Assembly: GCA_016214025.1 (NCBI GenBank) | Contig: JACRPH010000004.1 | Coordinates: forward strand, 17,370 to 81,369 | Reading direction: 5' to 3' | DNA: 64,000 bases | Origin: Candidatus Woesearchaeota archaeon | Lineage (GTDB): Archaea > Nanobdellota > Nanobdellia > Woesearchaeales > GW2011-AR9 | In this document: piece after piece, positions 37,323-46,434 of the stretch | Numbering within the stretch: the stretch's first letter is position 1 | Layout of the letters: every line of letters begins with the position of its first letter | Translations under genes and position numbers: made by a program | The notes under the pieces: generated by a model | The model's database searches: none | What the model was told of the DNA's origin: nothing | What the model saw: the letters and a program-made list of their open reading frames with translations, nothing else

Positions 37323-38288
37323 ATGAAGATCCACCTGCCGAACAGCGCCTTTTTAGGCAATATTGACCCTTTTTTACGGGGATTTAACCCTCAAAACCGC
37401 TCAAAATTAGAGATAACTGCCAACAAAAAATGGATTTCCCTGCATCCGATGGTTCTGTCTATGGTTGCAGCCTTAGGGCTATCTCTCAAACCAGAACAAA
37501 TTTACTGTGAAAAACTGGAGGCAGCCTCAAAACATTATCTGAAGCGAATGGGCTTATTTAAGCTCTTAAAAATTCGCTCTGGAATAAAGCCGATACATGA
37601 GCATGAGCCTGCCGGCAGATTTATTCCCCTGACTAAGATTACCAACTCTGCAGAATTGACTAACTTTATCACGGAAATGGTTCCGCTTCTGCATCTTGAG
37701 CCCAAACACGCTGCACCCCTAAAATATGTCATCAGCGAATTGGTAAGGAATGTTTTAGAACATGCCCAATCTAAGACCGGGGCTATTGTTTCTGCCCAAT
37801 ATTATAAAAAGAGCAATACGATTAGGATTGGCGTTGCTGATGCCGGGTTAGGGATCAAGTACACTATTAACCAATCGCATCCAGCTTCAACCCATCTAGA
37901 AGCAATTCGGTTAGCTTTAACTCCGGGGATAACCGGGACAACCTGGAAAGAGGGCGGAACTGAACTTAATGCCGGAGCAGGCTTATTCTTTATTAAATCC
38001 ATTGCCAAAACCAATCGTGATTTTTTGGTGGTTTATAGCGGTGATGCCCTGTACAAGCTATTAAAAAGCCCTCCAACTAAAACAATTAAATTATTTGGGG
38101 ACCCTTTTCAGGATAAGCATTCTCACGGTGAAAACCTGCCCTTTTGGCAGGGGACAGTAGTGGGGATGGATATTTCTCTTAAGGCTACAGAAGAGTTCAC
38201 TTCTTTATTGGATTTGATTTGGGAAACTGTGATAAAGTCAGTTAAAGAGCGTAAAAAAGCTCGGTATCGGAGGGCGAGATTCATATGA
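37323..38288 (+). CDS. GHKL (histidine kinase-like) ATPase-domain protein of the RsbW/anti-sigma-kinase-like class, with no HisKA domain.
   Basis: LKYVISELVRNVLEHA (N box), IRIGVADAGLGI (G1) and GAGLFFIKSIA (G2). Confidence 0.55.
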   Translation: MKIHLPNSAFLGNIDPFLRGFNPQNRSKLEITANKKWISLHPMVLSMVAALGLSLKPEQIYCEKLEAASKHYLKRMGLFKLLKIRSGIKPIHEHEPAGRFIPLTKITNSAELTNFITEMVPLLHLEPKHAAPLKYVISELVRNVLEHAQSKTGAIVSAQYYKKSNTIRIGVADAGLGIKYTINQSHPASTHLEAIRLALTPGITGTTWKEGGTELNAGAGLFFIKSIAKTNRDFLVVYSGDALYKLLKSPPTKTIKLFGDPFQDKHSHGENLPFWQGTVVGMDISLKATEEFTSLLDLIWETVIKSVKERKKARYRRARFI

Positions 38289-38575
38289 TTCAGATAAAAT
38301 TACTTTCATTAGTGGGCAGCTTTGCAGAGAATAAAGAGCTAGCTAAAAAAATAAGGTTGGAAAAGATAATTCCCGCTCTGGAAAAGAAGCAAGAAGTTAT
38401 TTTAGATTTTAAGGGGATTGATTCTGCCACTCAATCTTTTATCCATGCTTTAATCAGTGATATACTCCGGAAATACGGCAGCGAAGCTTTAGAGCTAATT
38501 GCATTCAAGAATTGCAGTGAAACCGTAAAAAAGATAATTAATATCGTAGTTGATTATATGCAGGAGAGTGATTAA
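38285..38575 (+). CDS. Small STAS-like (DUF4325-type) protein. Its start overlaps the GHKL gene stop (ATGA).
   Basis: 96 aa: EVILDFKGIDSATQSFIHALISDILRKYGSEALELIAF. This resembles the STAS-like partners of GHKL ATPases. Confidence 0.45.
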   Translation: MIQIKLLSLVGSFAENKELAKKIRLEKIIPALEKKQEVILDFKGIDSATQSFIHALISDILRKYGSEALELIAFKNCSETVKKIINIVVDYMQESD

Positions 38576-39351
38576 GAGGTGTTTAATTCTACATAAGCAG
38601 TACACCCATACCCCACCACCCTACTTTTATCCCCAGCCGTATCTCCGGAATTGCGGTAGTCAATCAATTGCGGCTTCCAGCCTTTCAGTTCTGCCAGATG
38701 CATCAGCACTTTAATGGGAGTTCTGCCGCAGGCATCCAAATCAGCAGCATCGCCTTTTAAGATATTACTAATGGTTTGGTTATCTTTTAGAACGGCTTTG
38801 CCATATTCCAGGTAGTGGCTCAAATCAGAGCTTACTATCACTAAAGTATCATCGTCTAATTTCTCGGAAATAAACTTGGCTAATTTAGCTTCGTTTACTG
38901 TTCCAATAACTAAGGCATACAATTCAAATTCTTTCAAAGTCTCTTGCAGAAATGGCAGCTGCACTTCTAAGCTGTGTTCTTGAGAATGTGCTTCAGGAGA
39001 GATTTCAATTAGTCCTTCTTTGATCCATTTGGTTGCATCTCCACACTTTACTTTTCCAAATGGTGTTAAGAAATCTTCATCAGCAATAGCTGCTCCATAG
39101 AAAGTCACATAATGTGATGGACCAAGCAGAATTACTTTTTTGAATGAGTGTTTCTGTTTTTCCAGTAATTTGTATCCTTGTGCAGCCACAATTCCGGAAT
39201 AGATGTAGCCAGCATGAGGAACAATCAAAGCTTTCAGCTTTCCTTTCAGTTTAGTCTCTTCTGCTTGCTGTAAGAAAGAGCCAATCATCTGTTTTAGCTC
39301 CTCAGCTTTCTGGGGATAAAACACTCCGGCGACGGCGGGTGGGCGGGTCAT
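38572..39351 (-). CDS. MEMO1-family protein (AmmeMemoRadiSam system protein B).
   Basis: AVAGVFYP...ALIVPHAGYIYSG...ILLGPSHY...VSSDLSHY...DACG match the Memo motifs. Confidence 0.7.
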   Translation of the reverse strand: MTRPPAVAGVFYPQKAEELKQMIGSFLQQAEETKLKGKLKALIVPHAGYIYSGIVAAQGYKLLEKQKHSFKKVILLGPSHYVTFYGAAIADEDFLTPFGKVKCGDATKWIKEGLIEISPEAHSQEHSLEVQLPFLQETLKEFELYALVIGTVNEAKLAKFISEKLDDDTLVIVSSDLSHYLEYGKAVLKDNQTISNILKGDAADLDACGRTPIKVLMHLAELKGWKPQLIDYRNSGDTAGDKSRVVGYGCTAYVELNTS

Positions 39352-40862
39352 TTTACTTCCCAGTGTCCTCCTTTGTCGGGGCCGATTCTCTTCAAAATGC
39401 CTTTTGATTTGAGCCTGGCAACCGCATCTTCAATGGTACGCCGAGATAATTTTAAAGTGCGGGAGATTAAAGCAATGCGTACATGCGGATTTATGATAAT
39501 TTGCTTTAGAATTATCTCTTCTGTTTCCCCCACGTTTACTCCACGTTTACTCCACGTTTGCACCACGTTTTCTACTTTTTTCTGGATGATTTCTAAAGAG
39601 CCTACTGGTATCTTTTGCTGGTTAGAAGTAAGTGGTACACCGTCTTTTACACCGTCTTTTTCTCCGTCCCCAAACATTTTTCTCTCTAAATAGAAAGTTA
39701 TCTTATAATAATCAAAGTCGCCTTCAACTACAGGTTTCTTTGCGTAATACGACAACCATCCAGAAAACATCTTGTAAAAGCCGGAACCGATGTTCTCTGA
39801 CAACCTGATAGTCCGGAAAATTCTGGCTATCACGTTGTTTCTGGGCATGGAAAATTCTTCTTTAAGGATAAACTTGATATCTTTGGGTAATGAGCCCGGA
39901 TTAAAGAATTCAATTCTATCCGAAAGGACTCTTATCCGTGGCTTTGCATTAGAAAAATAATCTGTATGCATCAATAAATTAACTAATGCTTCCCTGATAG
40001 CAATAATTTGGGGCGGGTTCTCATCACGAGAAAAATTTTTCAGCTTAAAAGGGATGTTGATATGCTTCAATAATTTATCCGATAATGAAAAATAATATTC
40101 ATACAAATTCTTCTGAACTGGCATTCTATATTCATACCGGTCAGAAGCATTCGCAAAGGAGGTGCCGCTTACCTCAAGATACTCTATCCGAAAATCAGAG
40201 ATAACTTGATTAACTGCTTCACTGGTACCAAATACTAAAACTCCACCCACAGTTACTTTTCCTTTAACTACTACCTGCATCAGTTCCAGCATCTTCTTTG
40301 CAGAAACATTATTGTAGCGATGGGTTGGTTCAATAGTTTTAAGATATGTCCTGTACCTACCCAAAGTGTCTTGGTCTAAATCCTCGCATGAAAAAGAGGT
40401 CAATTGCTCATCTTTTTTATCGAACGAAGAATTGCGGTACATCGCATCAATTTCTTCTTTAGTTGCTCTTTGATCCCCGCTGCCGGTTCTAATAAAAGTG
40501 TTTGATGGAGAATTATAATAAATTGGCTTGTCTTTGGGATAAACCGAGGGGATATGGAAACCAAGCACCGTTTTTTTATCAAAGGTGTATTTCTTTGATT
40601 TTGCAGAGAGTTTCCGGTTAAACTTTTCTCCTCTTAAAATTGATAAGAAATCCTGCTCTATCTTTTCTGGATTATCTACTCCTAAAACTTCATATTCTTT
40701 ACCTCGCTTAGAAACGCCAAAGATAATCCAGCCCCCAGAGGTGTTGCTAAAACCACTTACTGTTTCCCAAACATTCTTCGGAATTTCTGCTCTTGCTTCT
40801 TTTACTTCAAAGTCCTGCCATTCAATGTCCTGCAATTTTTGGATAAGTTCTTGTTTATTCAT
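39348..40862 (-). CDS. Schlafen-like AlbA_2 (divergent AAA) domain protein with a HATPase_c_4-like region and a C-terminal HTH. Often annotated as RecG C-terminal-like transcriptional regulator.
   Basis: N-terminal EWQDFEVKEARAEIP...SGFSNTSGGWIIFGV matches AlbA_2. C-terminal LKLSRRTIEDAVARLKSKGILKRIG is an HTH. The gene overlaps the memo stop by 4 nt. Confidence 0.55.
   Translation of the reverse strand: MNKQELIQKLQDIEWQDFEVKEARAEIPKNVWETVSGFSNTSGGWIIFGVSKRGKEYEVLGVDNPEKIEQDFLSILRGEKFNRKLSAKSKKYTFDKKTVLGFHIPSVYPKDKPIYYNSPSNTFIRTGSGDQRATKEEIDAMYRNSSFDKKDEQLTSFSCEDLDQDTLGRYRTYLKTIEPTHRYNNVSAKKMLELMQVVVKGKVTVGGVLVFGTSEAVNQVISDFRIEYLEVSGTSFANASDRYEYRMPVQKNLYEYYFSLSDKLLKHINIPFKLKNFSRDENPPQIIAIREALVNLLMHTDYFSNAKPRIRVLSDRIEFFNPGSLPKDIKFILKEEFSMPRNNVIARIFRTIRLSENIGSGFYKMFSGWLSYYAKKPVVEGDFDYYKITFYLERKMFGDGEKDGVKDGVPLTSNQQKIPVGSLEIIQKKVENVVQTWSKRGVNVGETEEIILKQIIINPHVRIALISRTLKLSRRTIEDAVARLKSKGILKRIGPDKGGHWEVK
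39530..39573. repeat. 11-nt tandem repeat of 4 units inside the Schlafen-like gene.
   Basis: CCACGTTTACT CCACGTTTACT CCACGTTTGCA CCACGTTTTCT. The unit length is not a multiple of 3. Confidence 0.7.
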
Positions 40863-40980
40863 GTTTTTAAGGTAATTCAGTGGAATAAACAGAAGGAATA
40901 TAAAAAACTAACTGGAAAGTATGAGTATGGAGCAGTAAAATATATAAATCAGTTCCCATTTAGCCGCTTAGGTAAATCAA

Positions 40981-41484
40981 ATGAACTTTGAAAACAAATT
41001 TTTAGATAAGCTAAGTAAAAAAGATTTAAGTATACTCATTCTGCTAAGGGAGCTAACGGGCTTATACCAGAATTATGCGCACCAGTTCCAAGGGATACGC
41101 GATACAACGCACCCTCTCTTTAGTTTACTTTCTAATAGTTCTGTTCTGATAAATTTGCTGACTGAGAAAGCTGAATATATGAAAAGCAAAGGTTTTGAGA
41201 GCATTAAGTTTAAAGAGTTGCTTGAAAATTATCTCAATCATTTGTTGGGTGTATTTAACACTATTAACTCTTTTAAGAAGTCTTTTTTTGAACGAGAGCG
41301 AAAATTATCGGCCTCATCCAAAAAAGGTAACGATTTCCTAACTGCAATGGAAAAAAAGATCAATAAAATTATTAGTCTAATCAAAGAAGAAAAAGCAATC
41401 TTAACCAAAGAGCTGAGTGCTCGAGGGTGGTCTCCGAGTTATGTTCAAACTGCAACATTTAAGATTTTAGATAGTATTAATTAA
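40981..41484 (+). CDS. Hypothetical protein.
   Basis: 167-aa ORF. Confidence 0.35.
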   Translation: MNFENKFLDKLSKKDLSILILLRELTGLYQNYAHQFQGIRDTTHPLFSLLSNSSVLINLLTEKAEYMKSKGFESIKFKELLENYLNHLLGVFNTINSFKKSFFERERKLSASSKKGNDFLTAMEKKINKIISLIKEEKAILTKELSARGWSPSYVQTATFKILDSIN

Positions 41485-41497
41485 CTATAAAAAAGAG

Positions 41498-41698
41498 GTG
41501 TCAATCATGCTAAGACCAACGGCCAGAAAAATGAAATTTGAAAGAGTAACTTTACTTGTACAAGATCCGCCCATAGAAAGTGGAGGTTTCTGTGAAATAA
41601 GTGTGGTAGTTAAAGGGAAAGGATACGTTGCCTTTCTGAGGAAAAATGATTGGGAGCAGTTTGCAAATCACCTCTGGCGGGCTGCAAGAAGCGACTAA
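41498..41698 (+). CDS. Small hypothetical protein.
   Basis: 66 aa, preceded by an AAAGAGGTG SD-like site. Confidence 0.3.
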   Translation: MSIMLRPTARKMKFERVTLLVQDPPIESGGFCEISVVVKGKGYVAFLRKNDWEQFANHLWRAARSD

Positions 41699-41717
41699 AC
41701 AAATATTCCTAAAGTAA

Positions 41718-42431
41718 TCACCAGATTAATTTAAAGAATTTCTTGTAGGAATTTGCAGCTAAAGGCTCTTCGATTAAAAAGCCAAAGGGCTGATCTAAAT
41801 AGATTATTATGGCTACTCTTTTTCCACAAATAATGGTTTCAGTTAATTCTTCAAAATCTTTTGGAGTGGTTCTTACCACAGTTAAGGGAAATTTATTTAG
41901 TTTCTTAGCCCACCATTGTAAAGAGGAATGAAAGATTAATTTTGCTTTAATCTTTTTCTCAATTCTCTTTTTGTGAAAAGCTTCCCAGAAAAAATCTCCT
42001 AACAACTCATGAGCTTTCTGTGGTCCGCCATAGGCGAAATACTCTTTAGAATTAGTGTCCAGCATGAGATTAAGCAGTTCTTTGATTCCCCTAATCCCCT
42101 GAAAAATGGTGGCAGAAGGCTTTTCTTTCGCCAGCTTTCTTTTAATTTCCAATTCTGGAAGGATCTTTTCCAGCCGGGCTTTCTTTTCGTCTAAGAAATT
42201 TAGCAGTAATTTCGGCTCAATGGCTTGATAATGCCTGATTTTGCCTTCAATGATATAAGTAATTAAGCCTTTTTCAATTAAAGAATGGAACGCTCTGTGA
42301 ACAACCGCATTTTGCAGACTGGATTTTTCTACTACTTTTCCGGCAGTTGAGGAGCCCAGTTCTAATAAAGTCAAGAATACTTTAATCTCTGCTCCGGTTA
42401 AACCAATATCTTCCAAGATGGAAGTGTCCAT
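41718..42431 (-). CDS. TrmB-family transcriptional regulator.
   Basis: N-terminal LEDIGLTGAEIKVFLTLLELG HTH. C-terminal ...AANSYKKFFKLIW TrmB_C signature. Confidence 0.7.
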   Translation of the reverse strand: MDTSILEDIGLTGAEIKVFLTLLELGSSTAGKVVEKSSLQNAVVHRAFHSLIEKGLITYIIEGKIRHYQAIEPKLLLNFLDEKKARLEKILPELEIKRKLAKEKPSATIFQGIRGIKELLNLMLDTNSKEYFAYGGPQKAHELLGDFFWEAFHKKRIEKKIKAKLIFHSSLQWWAKKLNKFPLTVVRTTPKDFEELTETIICGKRVAIIIYLDQPFGFLIEEPLAANSYKKFFKLIW

Positions 42432-42582
42432 GTTTTAGGTTAAATTGTTGGTTCTATTTAAATCTTTCTATCAGTAGTCACAATTGTGGTTATAAATATT
42501 AATAAAGTGACCAGTTACTACTACCGTATAATCAATTAAAATACGGTTAATCCTTTCTGTAAAAAAGGAGGAGGAATAAAAA

Positions 42583-43041
42583 ATGAATACAAAAATGTCT
42601 TTGGAAGAAAAATTGAATGATGCTGAAATTCATTTACCCGGAGTTAGGGAGAAATTGAAGCGAAACAAAGGTGGAGCGTGGGGTTCGTATTGGGATGGTG
42701 CTCCCCAGGATTTAGAATATTGTGAAACAGATGAATATCGAGTTGTGGTAGCAAAATGGAAAGAAGATAGCTGGTCTGCTGAGGCTGGATGCCATAGCGG
42801 AGTCGGGTTTAAAGAATGGTTATCCGTATACTATCGGCCAAAAGGAAGTGAACGAGAAATTAAACAACTCGAAACAGAAAAAATTCTAACCAGAGACTAT
42901 TATAATCCTTCGTATGACAAAACACATCTACGACCGTATAGATTTGTAGGGGTGCAACCTCTGGAACCTGCTAGGGTTAAAGTAGCTTGGGTAGATGAAA
43001 CTGGAAACGAAGGTCTAACATACGAGTTAGAGTTAAAATAA
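42583..43041 (+). CDS. Hypothetical protein.
   Basis: Strong bacterial-type SD AAAGGAGGAGG located 8 nt upstream of the ATG. Confidence 0.4.
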   Translation: MNTKMSLEEKLNDAEIHLPGVREKLKRNKGGAWGSYWDGAPQDLEYCETDEYRVVVAKWKEDSWSAEAGCHSGVGFKEWLSVYYRPKGSEREIKQLETEKILTRDYYNPSYDKTHLRPYRFVGVQPLEPARVKVAWVDETGNEGLTYELELK

Positions 43042-43057
43042 ATGGGGGAAGAATAAA

Positions 43058-44434
43058 ATGGAAAACCAACCAAAAAGAATATTATTCACTTATCGGGACA
43101 ATGATGTTTACCATGCTTTAGTCCCCCGACTGGAAGAGGTTGCTCGAGAAGAAGGGCTGACAGTAGAACGCTTTGTTCTCCCTCGAGGAGAAGAGTTACC
43201 CAAAGCAGAGGCAGATTATCCTTCCACACTAGCTGAAGCATTATCTAAAGAATATGCAGTATGGATAACTGATGAGACTTTTCACTTCCCTTCACTACGC
43301 TTTATGAGAACTGTAAAAAATGAAGTTCCCTTTACAGAAACATTTATTTTAGATTATGTGGGGGACGAGGCATCTAAGCGTTTAATTAACCAAAGGATAT
43401 ACAGTAATGCTATGGTTCCCCCTTTGACTGGTGGAAAAGAAGACCGTAGTAAACAAAGGTATGAAATGGAGTCTGAAATGTATTATTCCCTATCTGATAC
43501 CGAGCTAGTTGCAAAGACTGGTGAAGCAGTCGTACCTCTGCTTCGAGAAATTGCAAAACATGAAGGATGCACTAAAATGTATGTATTGGCGCAGTGCATT
43601 GCGAGCCATGAGCCTTTCGACAGCTTTCACGATAAATGGCATTATGAAAGACAGTGTAAACGTTATCCTGAGACAAAACTATATAGTGAAGAAGAATCTG
43701 ACCGATTGGCTTTAGACACAGTAACCCAGTGGATCCAGGCAGCGGGCATGGAGGCAATAGTGGCTGAAAATAGTTCAGCTATTCCTGCTGGCTCTGTTGT
43801 CTTAGGGGATCGACATGCTCGAGATGGTTTTGATTTAACGGGAAAAAGAAAATATATGCTTCCTTTAGAAAGTTTGATTTACTCTATGGAAAAAAACGGC
43901 ATTGTCAGTGAGTATTCTCCCACTTCCAAGCAGGTGCAGGAGGCAATCGTGAACTTTTTTAGAGAGTATTTTAGAAAGGTAGCACCGGGGAGAAGCAGAA
44001 CAATGAAAATTAGCCAAGCTTTAGGAATTGGAGCGTTAGTATTAGGTTTGAGTAGTTGTGAGAATAATCCCTGTGTCGAGTACTCACGCTATCCTCAAGA
44101 ATATCGCGACCGATGCCAGGAATATCAAACCATTAAAGGAGTACCAATAAGTGTTACTGGCGGTTCTGGCGGGAGTTTAACTGCTCTTTTAGAGGTAGAG
44201 GGAAAATGTGTTTTGGCATACAGCTTAGGCCATTCAGAGAACGATGTTCAAGCAGCAGCGTTGATCCGATCAGAAATCTCCGATGGAGATGTAGAACCAA
44301 TTTATATCACCGGAAGACCGGATAGGGATACGTTCGTAATAACAATGGTTGGTGCTAAAGGGGATGTGGTTAAATTAGAGGATTATTACTGTAAAGATCT
44401 TCTAAGCAATAAACGTAAATGCCAAAGGGAGTAG
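43058..44434 (+). CDS. Hypothetical protein (458 aa).
   Basis: SD GGGGGAAG upstream. Contains an internal hydrophobic stretch GIGALVLGLSSCEN. Confidence 0.4.
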   Translation: MENQPKRILFTYRDNDVYHALVPRLEEVAREEGLTVERFVLPRGEELPKAEADYPSTLAEALSKEYAVWITDETFHFPSLRFMRTVKNEVPFTETFILDYVGDEASKRLINQRIYSNAMVPPLTGGKEDRSKQRYEMESEMYYSLSDTELVAKTGEAVVPLLREIAKHEGCTKMYVLAQCIASHEPFDSFHDKWHYERQCKRYPETKLYSEEESDRLALDTVTQWIQAAGMEAIVAENSSAIPAGSVVLGDRHARDGFDLTGKRKYMLPLESLIYSMEKNGIVSEYSPTSKQVQEAIVNFFREYFRKVAPGRSRTMKISQALGIGALVLGLSSCENNPCVEYSRYPQEYRDRCQEYQTIKGVPISVTGGSGGSLTALLEVEGKCVLAYSLGHSENDVQAAALIRSEISDGDVEPIYITGRPDRDTFVITMVGAKGDVVKLEDYYCKDLLSNKRKCQRE

Positions 44435-44522
44435 ATCTAAATAAAGTAGATTGAGAAGGTAGCAGCTAACCTTTCTCAACAGCAAAAGTTAATGGGAAAA
44501 ATATTGTAATCTTCCATTCTCA

Positions 44523-44903
44523 TTAACCAGAAAGTATCTGCTCTAACTCCTCTGGCGCAGGCCTCTTGCCAATGCAATGAGTAGCTCCATGCTCATATCC
44601 TTTCATCCTTGCTTCTTCACTTTCACTGGTCCAAAGCACTCTTACCGGAGCGTATTCCCTGACTTTATCCAAGATAGAGTAACCTTCGGTAGGCAAGTCC
44701 GAGCCCCAGCGCAAATCAATCATCAGCACGTGATATTCTCCACTGCTGGCTAACTCTACGAACCGTTCAGGATCAGCAGTGTAAGCTAGTTCAAACGGCT
44801 GCAGCTGTTGCCTGTAGACTAACTCAAAGAGAGTTCGTAAATCTCTCCCTTGAGCTGAGTCATCCAACTGGTCGTCTCCGATGAGGATTTTTGGTTTGGT
44901 CAT
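44523..44903 (-). CDS. Stand-alone response-regulator receiver (CheY-like) domain protein.
   Basis: KILIGDDQ...HVLMIDLRW...LWTSE...CIGKRP are the acidic-pocket, phospho-Asp, T/S and K motifs of REC domains. A GGAGGG SD precedes the ATG at 44903. Confidence 0.55.
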   Translation of the reverse strand: MTKPKILIGDDQLDDSAQGRDLRTLFELVYRQQLQPFELAYTADPERFVELASSGEYHVLMIDLRWGSDLPTEGYSILDKVREYAPVRVLWTSESEEARMKGYEHGATHCIGKRPAPEELEQILSG

Positions 44904-44905
44904 TG

Positions 44906-45454
44906 TTATTCCCTCCACTTTTTTGACATGTCGAATATAACAAAGTATTCTGGGACATATACTCGATCGCTGGCTCGTAGTGTTAATTCCTCATCCAATG
45001 TCAAAATGGTTCTCTCAGTTTTTATTTTTCCGGCAGTAAACTCATATACCTCGAGTTCAGAAGTAGCCGGAAGGATTAATGACTGTTTCCTATCCTTGGA
45101 CTTTAATGCTTCTTCTACAGAACGGAACCCCGAACCACAAAGACAGCTGGGATATAAATGCGGTCTTCCCATCTTGTCCAAACCTCTTCCCACTGCATTT
45201 ATATAAGCATAGTGGTCTAAGTCATATGAAAAACCCTGTTGGCGCGTGTGGATGGGGGGATGAATTCCCAACTGAGCGATTATATCCCCTTCTTCAATTT
45301 CTGCGCCTTCCCCACGCAAGTGTCTTAAAATCTCAAGTAAAGATTCTGCTTCTTGTATTGTGTACCTATGTGTTTCACCACCATCGTACCAGCTAAACCT
45401 ACCCGGGCGATACTCACCTTCTCGTTTTAAAAAAAACTTGGTTCTTTTTTCCAT
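44906..45454 (-). CDS. Hypothetical protein, co-operonic with the receiver gene.
   Basis: 182-aa ORF ending 3 nt before the REC gene start. Confidence 0.4.
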   Translation of the reverse strand: MEKRTKFFLKREGEYRPGRFSWYDGGETHRYTIQEAESLLEILRHLRGEGAEIEEGDIIAQLGIHPPIHTRQQGFSYDLDHYAYINAVGRGLDKMGRPHLYPSCLCGSGFRSVEEALKSKDRKQSLILPATSELEVYEFTAGKIKTERTILTLDEELTLRASDRVYVPEYFVIFDMSKKWRE

Positions 45455-45592
45455 TTTTCTTCATCTCCCCGTTTTAAGCCCGGGCGGCTGTTTTTTATTT
45501 AATAGTAACTGAATGGTGGGACTACTATTTTAATTAATGTGGTAGCCTACACAACCATAAAATATATAAATAAGCTTAACTTTCCTCAGAAG

Positions 45593-46342
45593 ATGGAACT
45601 TCCAGAACTATCACAGCTTGACCTTTCTCCGGGGCAGATTCAGGTATATACGGCAGTTTTAGAGTTAGGAATAGCTACGCTGAACCATATCCAGGAAAAA
45701 GTAAGCTTAGACCGCCGGAACATCTATGATATTTTGGACCGGCTGATGGAAAAAGGGCTAATCTCCTATACTCAAAGCAAAGGTGGGAAAGTTTACCAAT
45801 GCACTCATCCCAACAAATTGAAAGAAGAAATCCAAAAGAAAGAGGAAAAGCTTTCTGACCTAAAGAATAAGCTGCCACAGATAGAATCCCTGTATAATTA
45901 TTCCCGGCCGGAAATCAGAGCAGAAGTATTGCGGGGAAATGAAGCTCTGAAATCTTTGCTTAATGAGGCTCTCAATTGTCCTGCAACCTACTGGATTGGC
46001 GGGAATAGCGGAGTAGAGCAATGCTCAGAAGAAATGCATTATTGGTTTAAGCGCTGGACCAAGAAAAGGATAGAATTGAAGAAGTTTATGTACGACTTGG
46101 TGGATTATGGAACCTCTCTGGAAGATTTCAAGCCCAATGATTTGGCTAAACACAAAAAATCATTTTACAAATACTGCCAGCTGCCCAAGAACTTATCTTC
46201 TCCAATGGTCATAATCCTCTTCGGCAACAAAGTTGCACAAGTGCTTTGGAGCAAGCAATCTTTTGCGGTGGTGATTGAGTCAGAAGAGATTAAAGAGAGT
46301 TTCATGCGGTATTTCAATTATTTCTGGAAAGAGCCGGATTAA
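45593..46342 (+). CDS. TrmB-family transcriptional regulator.
   Basis: MELPELSQLDLSPGQIQVYTAVLELG HTH. C-terminal ...FMRYFNYFWKEPD TrmB_C signature. Confidence 0.7.
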   Translation: MELPELSQLDLSPGQIQVYTAVLELGIATLNHIQEKVSLDRRNIYDILDRLMEKGLISYTQSKGGKVYQCTHPNKLKEEIQKKEEKLSDLKNKLPQIESLYNYSRPEIRAEVLRGNEALKSLLNEALNCPATYWIGGNSGVEQCSEEMHYWFKRWTKKRIELKKFMYDLVDYGTSLEDFKPNDLAKHKKSFYKYCQLPKNLSSPMVIILFGNKVAQVLWSKQSFAVVIESEEIKESFMRYFNYFWKEPD

Positions 46343-46434
46343 ACTAAGATATATTCCTGAAGTTAATCTCAACTTTGAAATTAAACGACATAGCATAGAA
46401 AAGTATTTAAATAAAAAGAAATTTAATAATCTAA

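Noticed and set aside
45079-45396. 105-aa plus-strand ORF
   Set aside because: Antisense to the 182-aa gene co-operonic with the receiver domain.
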